Shown here piece after piece: positions 13,166 to 26,120 of a DNA stretch of 64,000 bases. Position 1 is the stretch's first letter, and every line of letters starts with the position of its first letter. The translations under genes were made by a program, and so were the position numbers. This DNA is from Negaprion brevirostris (Eukaryota), in NCBI GenBank assembly GCA_030324005.1, contig JARDVH010000132.1, forward strand, positions 69,050,040 to 69,114,039, in the 5' to 3' direction. Under the pieces are notes generated by a model. That model did no database searches, was not told the origin of the DNA, and saw only the letters and a program-made list of their open reading frames with translations.

Positions 13166-14512
13166 TTTTAAAAAATGCTGCTATTTAATCTTTGCTGTAT
13201 GTGTGATTATTATATGCAAACCTTCACATTTTTTACATGATCTTCAAGCTATATTCATCTTGTCAAATTTGTGCCAGTGGTGGAATATAACATTGGTTAC
13301 TTTTTATTCAAGCCTTGAACTACATGACACATTCTGTCATTGTGTGAATGGCAACTAATGGTAAATTAATGACTTATTNNNNNNNNNNGACATTTAAGTC
13401 CCACTTTGAAGGATATTTTCCTCGTTATTATCACAAAATGTAAGTTGCGGCTAATCAAGGAAGTCAGCTTTAAGAATTTTTTTTATACAGTTCTGTAAGC
13501 ATTCCCCTCTAATATATATACTACAAAATATATTAAGTTAAAGATTATTAAAGTTTATTAAGCTGGAAAAACCTTTGAACTGTCAAGTCTCTAAAGAATC
13601 TTAATCCTTTAGGAACCCTAATATATTATTGACATTTGATTTGGAGATGATTTGCCAACAATATTACATTTTGCTTATGTTCTATGCATCTTATTTCCTA
13701 ATTATACTAAATATTTCATACAATAGTTGATATTTTGTTACTTGGTATTAGGTACAGTTGTGGACATGCCTGTCTTCTAGAAATCTATTTGTGGTATAAA
13801 CCAGCATTAGTGGGTTAGGGCGATCAGATATTGTGAATAAACTATTGAACGGTGTACTTAGAAGTGATTTCAGTGTGATAAGGTGACCCAGGGCTTGATT
13901 TCATCTCCAATCATCAAGGGTTTGTCTAACATTTCATGGTCACATGATTTTATGATTCTATGCTAGTTTAAAAGAAATGATTCTCTCCAGTTAGTTCTAC
14001 AGTAAGTGTAAAACAACACTTGGCAATAATAATTTTTCTGCATGCTGTATTAAAAAAAATGATGCAGTGTATACTGCCAAGCTTATTGTGCAAATACTTG
14101 CCAACCCTGGAAAATACTACTAAAATTAATGTTGGTGATGCATAATTGTGTATGTCTATTTCAAATCTGTTGAGGTTTTTTACGGTTTTCAAATGTAATG
14201 GCAAGATACTTTAAGAGTCTGTTAATGTACTGTGTGTTACCAAAAGGAGGCAAAGTGTCAGGATTTGATTGAAAACCGGCATGATTCTCCCCAGAAAAGC
14301 AGGCTGGTTTTTGCTCTAAATCTTATGGCATTTTGTCAAGAAAGAGGGGGCATGTTTCACACTGTCCTGTTGAGGGGCGGGGCCTAAATGCCAGTGAAGC
14401 TGTCTGCACTGAGATTTGGATGTCCAATCAGAGGAACACATCCTGTGAAAGAATGAATAAAAAGAAATTATGGGCTTTATCACAAATATGTCATTACTTT
14501 TCTTTCCCTTAG

Positions 14513-14779
<267 letters not shown>

Positions 14780-15748
14780 TGCTACTGTTTGCATACAATT
14801 ACCAGCTGTTCTGAATATTGCAAAATTAACTTATTTAATTTTGATTTACTTGTGTTAACTTTCTATAAAAGTTGCATTGCTGATATTGTACCACGTGGTT
14901 CAGCTGTCAGCAGGAAGATTGTTTGAATAACAGTCCTAAAAGTCTCTTGCCTCAATTAAGTGAGACATGCCCCTTGTAGGGATCAGCTAGCCAAGAATCC
15001 CAGAGACTTTTGTAGTTTAGCAAGCTTGGGGGAAAATAGGGGAAGCAAATTTATTTTCTTTGTTTAAATAAATTCTTACCATGTGTTTACTTAGAAACGT
15101 AGCTAAGTGGGAAGCTATCTTGGCATATATGCTGGCTTTACACACACCATGTTAGGATCAAGTGCTGGCAGTGCTGACATTGCCGTCGTATGCCTGTCCT
15201 ATTTGCCAGAAACTTTGACGTCTAACTAGTGACATGATTCTTGCCTGTAACAAAGGAGGCTGACATTAAATATTTTCAAAATATAATCTTGGGTTCAGAT
15301 CAACACCCTAGTCTAAGCCACTCCCCCTTTACAATCCTATAGTAAGCTTTGCCTTACAGAAAATTATGTGATGGTATTGAGATAGAAAAGGACTAAACAG
15401 TAATAACTCTTTATATCCTTGTCACACGTACACATTCTAGTATGAAGATGCTCACATATGATTTTTGGTATCTATTCATTAGATTACTGAGTCTTTTGTA
15501 GTGATGGTTTTCAGAATCTATCTGGTTATAATAGACCAAAACAACTCAATCTTGTCATGTGGAAATATACAAAATATAGTATCTACCTGTAAAGACCTTT
15601 ATAGCAGTGATGATTCTGTTTTCTGATTATATTAATTTTTGTTTTGAATGTTGAAAGAATACAAATGGTGTCAAAACAATAGAATGTACATTATGACCGT
15701 TTGACATGGCAATGGATCTAAATATCTCAATTCAGACTTTGGTGTCGT

Positions 15749-15754
15749 AATAAA
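15749..15754 (+). promoter_or_regulatory. Candidate polyadenylation signal of UMAD1 (alternative AATAAA at 15067-15072)
   Basis: AATAAA followed ~15-35 nt later by GT/T-rich gtggattgtttttaccttttt; the ~1 kb between it and the stop codon appears repeat-free. Confidence 0.45.
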
Positions 15755-16046
15755 GTATCCCACTTACTATGTGGATTGTTTTTACCTTTTTGCACAACAC
15801 AGTTACTGTTTTACAGTGACATCACTCTCCAATATAAGAAACCACTGTTTGCATTTGGAAAGTAGCAGCTATTCATTTTATTACAATCATCAAATCAATT
15901 TAAGAATGAGAACTATTTCCACATTTGTCATATATTTCACTGAAAATACCCTATGTGATGTGATATTGTTAACGTTGTGCTGTGCCCTGCTGTTACTAAG
16001 ACTTGCCCTATATTGGCTGGGATTTTGTGGTAAGAATCACAAAAAT

Positions 16047-16562
16047 GGGTGGCATGGTGGCACAGTGGTTAGCACTGCTGCCTCAAAGTGCCAGGACCTG
16101 GGTTCAATTCCTGGCTTCGGTCACTGTCTGTGTGGAGTTTGCACATTCTCCCTGTGTCTGCGTGGACTTTCTCTGGGTGCTTCAGTTTCCTCTCATAGTC
16201 CAAAGATGTGCTGGTTAGGTTGACTGACCATGCTAAATTGACTTTCGTGTAAAGGGGATAAGAACATAAGAAATAGGAGCAGGAGTAGGCCATCCAGCCC
16301 TTCGAGCNNNNNNNNNNNNNNNNNNNNNNNNNNNNNNNNNNNNNNNNNNNNNNNNNNNNNNNNNNNNNNNNNNNNNNNNNNNNNNNNNNNNNNNNNNNNN
16401 NNNNNNNTATAATTCCCTGCCTTTTGCCTGCCACCCTTCTTAAACAAGGGCGTAGCAGGGTAAACATGTGGGGTTACGGGAATAAGGTTTGGGTGGAATT
16501 GTGGTCAGTGCAGACTCGATGGGCTGAATGGCCTCCTTCTGTACTGTGGGGATTTTATGATC
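16047..16562 (+). mobile_element. HE1/V-SINE-type tRNA-derived SINE interrupted by an antisense CR1 insertion (16259-16455, partly gap)
   Basis: A-box tggcacagtgg, B-box ggttcaattcc, core tgtctgtgtggagtttgcacattctccc, tail gggctgaatggcctccttctgtactgt; the insert starts with the CR1 tail taagaacataagaaataggagcagg. Confidence 0.9.
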
Positions 16563-16897
16563 CTAATAATGGTGGGGCTATCAGCAGTACTTAGCCACTA
16601 GATTCCTACTGCTGTTTACGTGCCGGAAAACATTAGGACTTGACCATTTGAGTGTAAGCAACAAACTCTGGCTCTGAAAGTTAATATTTACAAGTTCAGA
16701 GGCTCATTCCTTCAGATTTTAATTAGTGTTTGAGATTTGGAAAAGATTAAATTTAATCAATGTTTTCATTTTCTTTTACTTTGTCGCTCCCCTTTTCTCA
16801 ATCACACCTTTATTTCCCCCTCTTTATTTTGCTTTCTGAAGATGATTTTGCATTTGAGTTAAATATTGCAACTTGCAGTTCCTGCTTTGGAATCAGA

Positions 16898-17506
16898 GGG
16901 CTAAATCTCCCAAAAGCAGGTGTGTTGGAGTCAGGTGAGATGTTAAATCTTTTTTGAAAAATCTCAGATGCAATCTCAACCTGTCTGCAACCCATCAACT
17001 TTCAATTTTAATGCTGGTGTGACAAGGGACAGTAAATCTACCCTCTTGCTTCCCAGGAGGCGGTTGGTCCAACTAAATAATTTAATGGGGCTGGCAGCTT
17101 CTGATTTTCTTTGTTTTGAAGGTTTAACTGTAGCCATCAGGTTTCTCAAGCCTTCAGAAACCTGGCAGCTGATAGGAGGTGAGGACTGCTTCAGTTGTTG
17201 TCCCCCACTCACTCCAGCCTTGACGAATTCTCCCTTCCAAATAATCTTGAACCCCTCATCCCATCACCACCAACCCTGGGGTCTGGAATCTGATCCCTGT
17301 TGGTATTACCATGAACCAGGCAAACTTAGCTGGGAATATGCCTGCTCCAAAATGTGCACTCCCCCCTCCCCACCATGGTGACACATGAACGTCAAGGAAG
17401 CCAAACCTATGAATCTGGTGAACTTCAAGGCAGGAACCTGTCAAATGAACACTAACTTCTGGATTTCCTGACAAAAATCCCTCTCTGTCACTTCAAAATT
17501 CAGCCC
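16898..17506. mobile_element. Non-autonomous DNA transposon (MITE-like, possibly PIF/Harbinger group)
   Basis: Termini gggctaaatct ... aaattcagccc are inverted; no clean TSD. Confidence 0.45.
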
Positions 17507-18418
17507 TTTAAATGGCAGAATGGATTATTCAATCTATTTGGTTGAAATGGCAAAATATTGCTGGCCGTATTCTCTCACATCACAGAGCTATGCTGTTTTG
17601 GATGCTCAATGACCGTAAATTATTGCTTAAAAGCCCACCAGTGTTTGGGTTGCTCTCAGCATTATGAAAGCAGCATTGTTCATTTGCAAAATCAGTAATT
17701 TGCATTATTAGTATAAGAGGGAGAAATGTGTGGTAGATGAAAGCTGTTTGAAACCACCAGTGCTTTCCATTAAACTGTCAGCTAGTATGCAGGTACTCCA
17801 ACTTTAGGAGGGATTTCTAGCCAAAAGAAATTGAGAGGTATGGAAGTTGAAATCAAAACATTCCACTTGTCACTCTTTTTTTTCCCCCACAGTGAAGCCA
17901 TGTGACTGAGATATCCACTGGACTCCAGCTGGAGCTTAATTATTTTGTGCTAATTTACATACTATAATGTAGATAGGATGCTGAACCCATTCTTACTGCC
18001 TACTGAGTGGAGATTGCGCCATAGACAATCTGCTCAGTCGAAGCTGTCAGAGCAGCAGCAGAAGCATTGCATTTGGGGAAGGAATATATCTCCAGACCCC
18101 ACAAAAATAGTATGGGCAAAGTGTGAATGAACGTCATTTGTGGGAGCATCATTGCTAAGTTAAATTAGCTTTCAGCTTTGTTGAACAGGGATGTTTGTGA
18201 AGCAGGTCTAAGGCAACAATGAAAAGCTGAAGGAATGTGTGGAGGTTATTTATCCATGTCCTGATGGTCTGGGATAAGGTTGTCGTGTTACTGTGTTTAT
18301 AGTATTAAAGTGGTTGAAGAGCTTAAGTGGACCGTGTAATTACGGTAACGGTGATTAGAAGAGATTGATCTTGGCTAATGTATCTTCCTATTCCATGTTG
18401 ATATATTCACTGTCACAC

Positions 18419-18630
18419 GGGGGGGATTTTCTGGCCTCCCTGTGTTGTGTTTCTTCTAGTGGGTGGCAACGTGCTACGCCATTCACTGATGGCGGGATCA
18501 TCTGGTCCCACGGCTGTCAATGGGATTTCACGTAGGCAGCACAGCAGGCTGCTGGGAAATCCATGGTGGGGGTTTGCCATTGACGGGACCAGAATATTCT
18601 ACCAGTGTGAACAGCTAGAAAATTCCAGCC
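18419..18630. mobile_element. MITE-like palindromic element
   Basis: Termini ggggggattttctggc ... gctagaaaattccagcc and internal inverted motif tctggtcccacggctgtcaatgg / gccattgacgggaccaga. Confidence 0.55.
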
Positions 18631-18663
18631 ATTGTGTTTCATTTGATGGAGTTTGGTTTAGTA

Positions 18664-18919
18664 GGGAGGCGGTGGTGTAGTGGTATTTTCACTGGATTAG
18701 TAATCCAGAGACCCTCGGTAAGATCTGTGGACCCGGGTTCAAATCCCACCATGGCACATGGTGATATTTGAATTTGATTTAAAATTTGGGATTAAAAAAT
18801 TCTAATGATGACCATGAAACCATTGTCGATTGTCAGAAAAACCCATCTGGTTCATTAATGTCCTTTAGGGAAGGAAGTCTGCTGTCCTTACCCAGTCTGG
18901 CGTATATGTGACTCTAGAT
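18664..18919 (+). mobile_element. tRNA-headed SINE (family sharing its 3' tail with the 11150-13165 LINE), cut by gap
   Basis: A-box ggtgtagtgg, B-box ggttcaaatcc, core ctggttcattaatgtcctttagggaaggaa; other copies at 20861, 36228 and 57475. Confidence 0.85.
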
Positions 18920-19414
18920 NNNNNNNNNNNNNNNNNNNNNNNNNNNNNNNNNNNNNNNNNNNNNNNNNNNNNNNNNNNNNNNNNNNNNNNNNNNNNNNNN
19001 NNNNNNNNNNNNNNNNNNNNNNNNNNNNNNNNNNNNNNNNNNNNNNNNNNNNNNNNNNNNNNNNNNNNNNNNNNNNNNNNNNNNNNNNNNNNNNNNNGAA
19101 ATTAGAGCTTGAATAGTAGTGGCAAAGAGTGCATTGCCCAAACATAGAGAGTTGCTCAACAAAACTGTGATTTGGAATCCTGATGTAAGGTCATCAGCCT
19201 GAAAATTTAACTCTGTCTCTCCACAGATACTGTCTGATGTGCTGAGTATTTCCACCATTTTCTGTGATTTAGTGTACCTTGTAAGGGGCTGAGAAGTGGA
19301 CTTTGAGAAAAGCGAACATCCAAAGATAAAATTGCGAAATGTGATTCTGGAGATGGATGGGGTGAGTCAGTTGGAGAGAATACAAGATCAATGAAGAAGT
19401 TGTCAGAATACTGC

Positions 19415-19635
19415 AAGAGGTCATTAGATCATTAATGAATATCATTAAGAAAAGTTAGATGGCCATATTCCAGAGCATGAGAACTTGCTGAAGGAGATGA
19501 TTGAAGGAAGATTAAAGGGGTGCAGATGAAATGGAAGGAAGAGAATGATGGTTTAAGACAATTTGAAATTGAAAATGGGAGACTCTAACAAGCAATTAAA
19601 GAGGAAAGCAAAAGACTGTGAGGCTTGCAGAAATG
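19415..19635 (+). mobile_element. RTE-clade LINE C-terminal remnant
   Basis: GHIPEHENLLKEMIEGRLKGCR*NGRKRMMV*DNLK...KQLKRKAKDCEACR resembles the RTE GH..R...LLK..IEG...G.R.RGR.R...D......LKR.A.DR..WR end. Confidence 0.7.
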
Positions 19636-20084
19636 AGCAGAGGAAAAGTTCTGAGGCAAATCATTTTGGGCTGATAGGCTAATAAAATGGTCTATGATGT
19701 ATACATATCATTTGTAATACATACCTCAGTATTGGGAATTTTTAGTATTTATTAAGGGAACACAAAGCAGCTGACTGATCAGATTGAAATGGGTTTAAAA
19801 GTTGTAGATTTTCAGTTTCATGGTGTTTGGAAATAGGTAGTAGCTGGTTGGCTGCTGTTACGCACTCTGACCGATTTTCCCTTTCACTGACTTCAATGAG
19901 ATGAAATATAATGTAAAGCACAGAGACAATTGTGGTCTCTGTTGTTGAGTGAAAGCTGATGTGGATTTAAGAGCTCCTGATTGCTGAAAATAGAGCGGTA
20001 AATGTCAGAGGATAGTTACTATCGTACGAGGACTAGCCCCTCTAGGTATTGGTCATGATGTTTCCCCATAACCTGAGCATATCT

Positions 20085-20280
20085 ACAGAGTTGAGATGCA
20101 GTTAAAACACGATCCACCAAGACAATCAACAAGCCCACCATTAGGCCTTTTAAGCAATGCTTTTGGTGTTTGGAAAGGTTGAAAGTTTGCTGTAGCCCAT
20201 AGTGAGACTTGTGGATGAGTTGTATGTTGCATCTTGTAGAATCTCATTGCGCAAAGAGAAATGACATGGAAGAAGCACAG
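20085..20280 (+). mobile_element. PIF/Harbinger (HARBI1-like) transposase C-terminal remnant
   Basis: TRSTKTINKPTIRPFKQCFWCLER then VCCIL*NLIAQR, resembling TR..IE.TIG.LK.RFRCLD...CC.LHN. Confidence 0.55.
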
Positions 20281-20860
20281 CCAGAGGATTTCCTGTCTAC
20301 TGGTTGGGAAGACATCAATGACAGCAAGGAAGGAGCAGTATTGGAAGGGTGAGGACACCCACTTTCAGCTTGAGATTCTCAGTTCTTTCGACTGCCCAAC
20401 TCTTTATTTGATCTGTTCATTCCTCTCAAACATATTTTGATAGTGTTTCTTCTAGAGTATTCCCTCCTTCCTAATCTATTTTAACCAGGTCCACCTGAAC
20501 TTGGTAGTAACAATTATGCTTTCGTTTGCTGGAATTCAAAAAACATTATTTGCTTATAAAATGAACAATGTAGATGGTTTGTCTTGTAATGTGCTCAATA
20601 CTGTGAATGAGAGATTATGAATACCTTCAAAAATTTGGGAGCAGTTATCAATTTCTGGATGCACTTCAAGTTTACAAACAGTTGAGCAATTGTGGGGCAG
20701 CTGTGGTGCAATGTAGGAAATAAAGCTCCTTTAAAGCCAGCTGATATCAACAAGATGTTTGGTACCATTGAGACTAGAGGAGATGGTGACCTTAAAGCAC
20801 TTGGATGAAGAAAGATTTAAGTTGGAAATCGTCAGTGGTTAAGAGATGGTGGCTGATGGT

Positions 20861-21370
20861 ATTTTTTCATTCATGGAACGTGGGCATTGCTGCTGGCCAG
20901 CATTTATTGCCCATCCCTAGTTGTGCAAAGACAGTTGAGTGTCAACCATATTGCTGTGGTTCTGGAGTCACATGTAGGCCAGATCAGGTAAGGATGGCAG
21001 ATTTCCTTCCCTAAAGGNNNNNNNNNNNNNNNNNNNNNNNNNNNNNNNNNNNNNNNNNNNNNNNNNNNNNNNNNNNNNNNNNNNNNNNNNNNNNNNNNNN
21101 NNNNNNNNNNNNNNNNNAGTCACATGTAGGCCAGATCAGGTAAGGATGGCAGATTTCCTTCCCTAAAGGACATTAGTGAACCAGATGGGTTTTTCCGACG
21201 ATCGACAATGGTTTCATGGTCATCAGTAGATACTTAATTTGCAGATATTTTTTATTGACTTCAAATTCCACCATCTGCAGTGGTGGGATTTGAACCCAGG
21301 TCTCCAGCACATCAGCTGAATTTCTGGATTAATAGTCAGGTAGTAATATCATTAAGCCATCGTCTCTCCA
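20861..21370 (-). mobile_element. tRNA-headed SINE (same family as 18664), spans a gap
   Basis: attcatggaacgtgggcattgctgctggccagcatttattgcccatccc tail; ggatttgaaccc B-box at the far end. Confidence 0.85.
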
Positions 21371-22142
21371 TAATACACTTGAGAAAAAAGAATCTGAAAT
21401 AAAACTTCATGAACCTATTGAAGAGTGTGATGATGTAGTGATTTGGCTATTGACTCAGCAGTGTGGGAATGTGACCTGAAATAAGTCGATTAACGTTCAG
21501 CACAGTCATCAGCAAATGAACAGATGCCATTGCGAGATCAGTCATTTTAAAAAGGAACAATGTTAGAAAGTACAGAATCCTGGGAAATCCCTAAGTTAAT
21601 TGAAAAGCCTTACATGATGAGCCATCAATCATAGCACATCATGATTTGAGAGAAAACTAGATAACCATGAGCTTATCTCCAATAATTTGCTTCCAAATGT
21701 ATATTTGAAAGTTTTGGCAAATTTTCTGTCATTGCCTTGATCATCTCCAAGAGTTCAAGCTTAGAATTCCAGATCAACATAGTATTTACAACAAGATCAC
21801 CAATGGAATAGTCACTGCCAAAAATGATATTGTAGATTGTTCAGTTGGACCAGAGCATTCAAAGTGGTGGATAATTTGAGAGCTAACTGATGCTTCCATA
21901 CCCTTCGATACTGATGTAGAGGAAATAGATTAGTCATTAGAAAAATGAGGAGTGATAATTTTTCCTTTTGTCAGTGTAACATGGGCTGAATTAAAATAGT
22001 TGGAGAAAGTATACGGTGTGAGGATCAAAGTGCATATTTTAAGAGCTATGATGAATTTTCAGGACTCTGCTTTATGCCCTTGTCCAGAGCTTAGGGCATA
22101 GGCAACTGAAAGCATAGCCACTAATGGACAATTGGTCATTGA

Positions 22143-22475
22143 AATCATAGAATCCCTACAGTGCAGAAAGAAGCCATTCAACCCATCAGGTCTGCGTTGA
22201 CTCACTGAAAGAGCATCCTATCCAGCTGTTCCTCTCTGCCCCATCCCTGTAACCCTACACGTTTGTCATGGTTAATCCACCTACTTTTATACATCTTTGG
22301 AAACTAAGGGGCAAATTAGCTTGGCCAATCCACCTAACCTGCACATTTTTTGGACTGTCGGAGGAAATCTATGCAGATGTGGGGAGAATATGCAAATTCC
22401 ACACGGGCAGTCACCCAAGGCCAGAATGAAACCCAGGTCCCTGGTCCTGTGAAGCAGCAGTGCTAACCACTGTGC
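22143..22475 (-). mobile_element. HE1/V-SINE-type SINE
   Basis: aatcatagaatccctacagtgc tail to gcagcagtgctaaccactgtgc head. Confidence 0.9.
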
Positions 22476-22787
22476 AAGAAAAGAAATGGAATATATGGGA
22501 TTTGGAAGAGAGGTACAGATATGATGTAACAAATGGAAATTCTATGATTTTGATGTAGTTTGCAAGTTACAATTGGAGTAACTTAATCCAATTTTACTCT
22601 TTGTGACTTTGTCATGAAGCCAATATTTACAGTGCAACTATTTTCCCTCAGGTAATTGAATAATGTTTTTCATAACTGTTAAGGAAGCATAACTCCAGTA
22701 GCATTATCAGCAAAAATCTAATGTACATTTCACTGCATTTAATTTATGAAGTGAAATCTCATCCTATTATGTCACAAACGTGCACAT

Positions 22788-22982
22788 GAAAACAAAATTG
22801 CTGGAAAATCTCACCAGGTTTGATAGCGTAGTGGCGAGAGAATGGAGCGGAGCTAATGTTTAAAGTCTGGATGATTCTTCTTCAGAGCTGACAAAGGGTC
22901 ATCCACACTTGAAAAGTTCACTCTGTTCTCTCTTTGCAGATGCTGTCAGACTGCTGAGATTTTCCAACATTTTCAGTTTTTG
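22788..22982. mobile_element. Palindromic (fold-back) element, Penelope-terminus/MER6-like; half copy at 19178-19268
   Basis: aaaattgctggaaaatctcaccaggtttgatagc...ctggatgattcttcttcag is the inverted counterpart of ctgacaaagggtcatccac...gctgtcagactgctgagattttccaacatttt. Confidence 0.7.
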
Positions 22983-25084
22983 TTTCAGGTTCTAGCATCT
23001 GCAGTAATTTGCTTTTGTGTAATATGATAGATTTTGCAAAAAAGCTCCTGTTTCTTTGAAATGGACACCAAGAGCTCAAAAATGGCTGCCAAATGTCATC
23101 TGCCCTTTCACAACTGCAAATTTGTTAAGCTCCTGGAAGACTAGAAGTGTTTTGCAAGTAGCTGCATCCTGACCTGTGAAGACATTTGAAATCCTATATG
23201 CAGTTCCAAAAGGCTAAACAGAAGCTCAAAATTCATTATGACTTCCATGGAGGTATGAGTAGCTCTTTTCTATCTCACCAAAGCCTGGAGAATGAGAGCA
23301 TTCAAGTTAATGGCTGGGACATTGAAAAGTTAATTTACCTTAACTAAAAGGTAATGCTTGGGACTATGCCACCCCAGACCTTGGCTAACCCAACACTTCA
23401 TGTGGAAGCATGATTCAACAGTTTGGGATAGCAATCATTTTTGTGTCTTTAAATTGTATAAAGGAGGCTGTAAGAAGCTATTTTGTGTGACAGTGTGAGG
23501 GATAATACCAACACACAGCTCTCAGCCAAACCAGTCATGAGCCACATTTGAGAGTTGGGTTTCCCTGCCATCCAAAGTTGCAGAGGAAGGTATCCAGGAA
23601 ATAATCCCTAGTCTGCTGGGAAGAAACCAAACAATTTTGCCAAGTGTTAGTCCATGCAGTTTGCAGTAAAGAAAGGAGCCTTTACTCTCTGCCAGCATCT
23701 GCCCTACATATCGAGGCCACCTACAAAGGAAGGACTTCACAAGCCATCGCAACAGCTAAACCTAACATCAAGTTTCAACCCCACTCAATTCAGAAAGAAG
23801 GCATTCAAGCAACAATATCCACAAAGATTGGTTTGAAATCTCATCTTTTCCTTACCTAAATTTTAATCTTTGTATCCATATTTCAGTTAATAACTTTTTC
23901 ACTTTTACTTAAGTACCTTTGTTTAAGACTAAAACTTTGACTGCTGGGCTATTTTTAAATTAAACCACTCAAGCACATAATTCTTAGCTCTCGGACCATT
24001 GCAAGGAAATGCCTTTTATGTGGTCTTGAAGATAATGTTGATTCAATATGCAGTGCAAAATGCAACATTGTTTAATAAGTTCTGCTCATCAAGAGTTGAG
24101 AAATTTGCCATTTTATTGAAATCCTTAAATTACAGTAAAATGAAAACATTAATTAAACCTGTGTAATCCTATTTACAGAAAACCAAAGATAAAATTAATG
24201 ACATGAAAGAGTCAGATAACAGATTAGCTTGGTAGGATACCGGTTCATTGCTGTGGCACGTTCAAGGGCTAACGTTAACTGATATAAATATTTACTGCTT
24301 CTATTCAGTTTTATTTTTTATCAGCCAGGATGCAAAGGTTACAGCGTTGTAATATTCTGCTTCAGAAACATACCAATGTCCTTCCCCTCTTTCATCTATT
24401 CCTTTTAATATTTCAAGCTAGTTAATATTTNNNNNNNNNNNNNNNNNNNNNNNNNNNNNNNNNNNNNNNNNNNNNNNNNNNNNNNNNNNNNNNNNNNNNN
24501 NNNNNNNNNNNNNNNNNNNNNNNNNNNNNNCAAGCTAGTTAATATTTCCCCACATCGTTTCACCAGTACATCCAGTGCAAACTGTTTCGACGCCACTACA
24601 AATATTAGTCTGTAAATGCCAGTCAGGAAGTGCAAAAATACATGTCAAAGACTCGATCATTGGTCTCCCTCAATAATATTAAATATCGTAATTAGACCAG
24701 CAGCAATGGCCCTGTTAGCACTTGAGTTTGTTATCTGGAGACCTGAGAGTGACAGCCCTTTCATGAATTATTGTCTAAATGTTTGTTAACATCTGCATGG
24801 CTTTTGCCAATGCACTCAGGTTATAAAGCAATATATTTATCAATGTATACATATTTGTCTTCCATTCATTTAAATAGATTATTTTCAAATTTCTCCTAAT
24901 GGACCAGGCTTTGGAAATACTAAAATTGAGATATTAATGAAATAAAACAGTTGGAACAGATATAAACATAGTGATTAAAATAACATTTCTTTTTCATTTA
25001 GTATATACCACTAAAGTTGAACCAGGTTAGATTCAGTGTTCTGCTGAAATCACATGGTTGAAAGTACCCACTGGTATTTTGGTT

Positions 25085-26120
25085 GGTTGGTTGGCAGACA
25101 GGAAGCAGAAAATGAAATTAAATGGGTCCTTTTCAGAGTGGCAGACAGTGACTAGTGAGGTACCGCAGGACTCAGTGCTAGGAATCCAGCTATTCACAAT
25201 ATACATTAATGATTTGGACAAAGGAATTGAATGCAATGTCTCTAAATTTGCAAACGACACTAAGCTAGGTGGCGGTGTGTGCTGTGAGGAAGATGCCAAG
25301 TGGCTGCAGAGTGACTTGGACAAGCTGGCTGAGTGGGGAAATGCAATATAATGTGGATAAATGTGAGGTTATTCACTTTGGTGACAAAAACAGGAAGAAA
25401 GACTATTATTTGAATGGTGGCAGTTTAGGAAAAGGGGAAACGCAACATGACCTGAGTGTCATGGTGGTACAGTCACAGAAGATTGGCATACAGGTACAGC
25501 AAATGGTGAGGAAAGCTAATAGCATGCTGGCCTTCATTGCAAGAGGATTTGAGTATCGGAGTAAAGATGCATTGCTGCAGTTATACAGGGCCTTGGTGAG
25601 GCCACACCTTGAGTTTTGTGTGCAGTTTTGGTCTCCTTGTCTGAGGAAGGGCATTCTTGCTATTGAGAGAATCTGGCAAAGGTTTACCAGACTGATTTCT
25701 AGAATGGCAGGATTGACATATGAGGAGAGATTTGGATCAGCTGGGTTTGTACTCAATGGAATTTAGAAGAATGAGGGGAGATTTCATAGAAACATACAAA
25801 ATCCGGACTAGACAGGCTAGATGCGGGAAGGATGGTCCTGATGTTGGGGAAGTGCAGAACTAGGGGTCACAGTCTAAGAATAACGGGTAAGCCATTCAGG
25901 ACTGAGATGAGGAAGACCTTGTTCAGTCAGAGTTGTGAACCTGTGGAATTCTCTACCACGGAAAGCTGTTGGGGCCGTTTTGTTAGATATGCTCAAGAGG
26001 GAGTTGGATGTGACCCTTGTGGCTAAAGGGATCAAGGGGTATGGAGAGAAAATGGGAGTGGGACACTGAAAGTGCGTGATCAGCCATATTGAATGGTTAT
26101 GCAGGCTTGAAGGGCCGAAT
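25085..26120 (+). mobile_element. CR1/HER1 LINE, 5'-truncated (RT C-half to tail)
   Basis: WLADRKQ, VPQDSVLGIQLFTIYINDLD, SKFANDTKLGG, LYRALVRPHLEFCVQFWSP. Confidence 0.95.

Noticed and set aside
1-14512. Search for upstream UMAD1 coding exons
   Set aside because: No candidate with splice sites and similarity to the N-terminal half found; probably left of the window or in a gap
16047-16120. A-box/B-box sequences resembling tRNA genes (also at 18664)
   Set aside because: They are SINE heads continuous with SINE bodies; no cloverleaf or terminator
20966-21169. Identical ~50-bp sequence on both sides of an N-gap
   Set aside because: Contig-end overlap across a 100-N gap inside one SINE; assembly artefact
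21195-21235. Minus-strand CTGATGA-ccat-GAAAC-catt-GTC in the tRNA-SINE, resembling a hammerhead core
   Set aside because: No room for stem II, and the core differs in the other copies (near 18805 and 36440)
24414-24547. caagctagttaatattt repeated across a gap, resembling a TSD
   Set aside because: Most simply a contig overlap at a gap; no element visible
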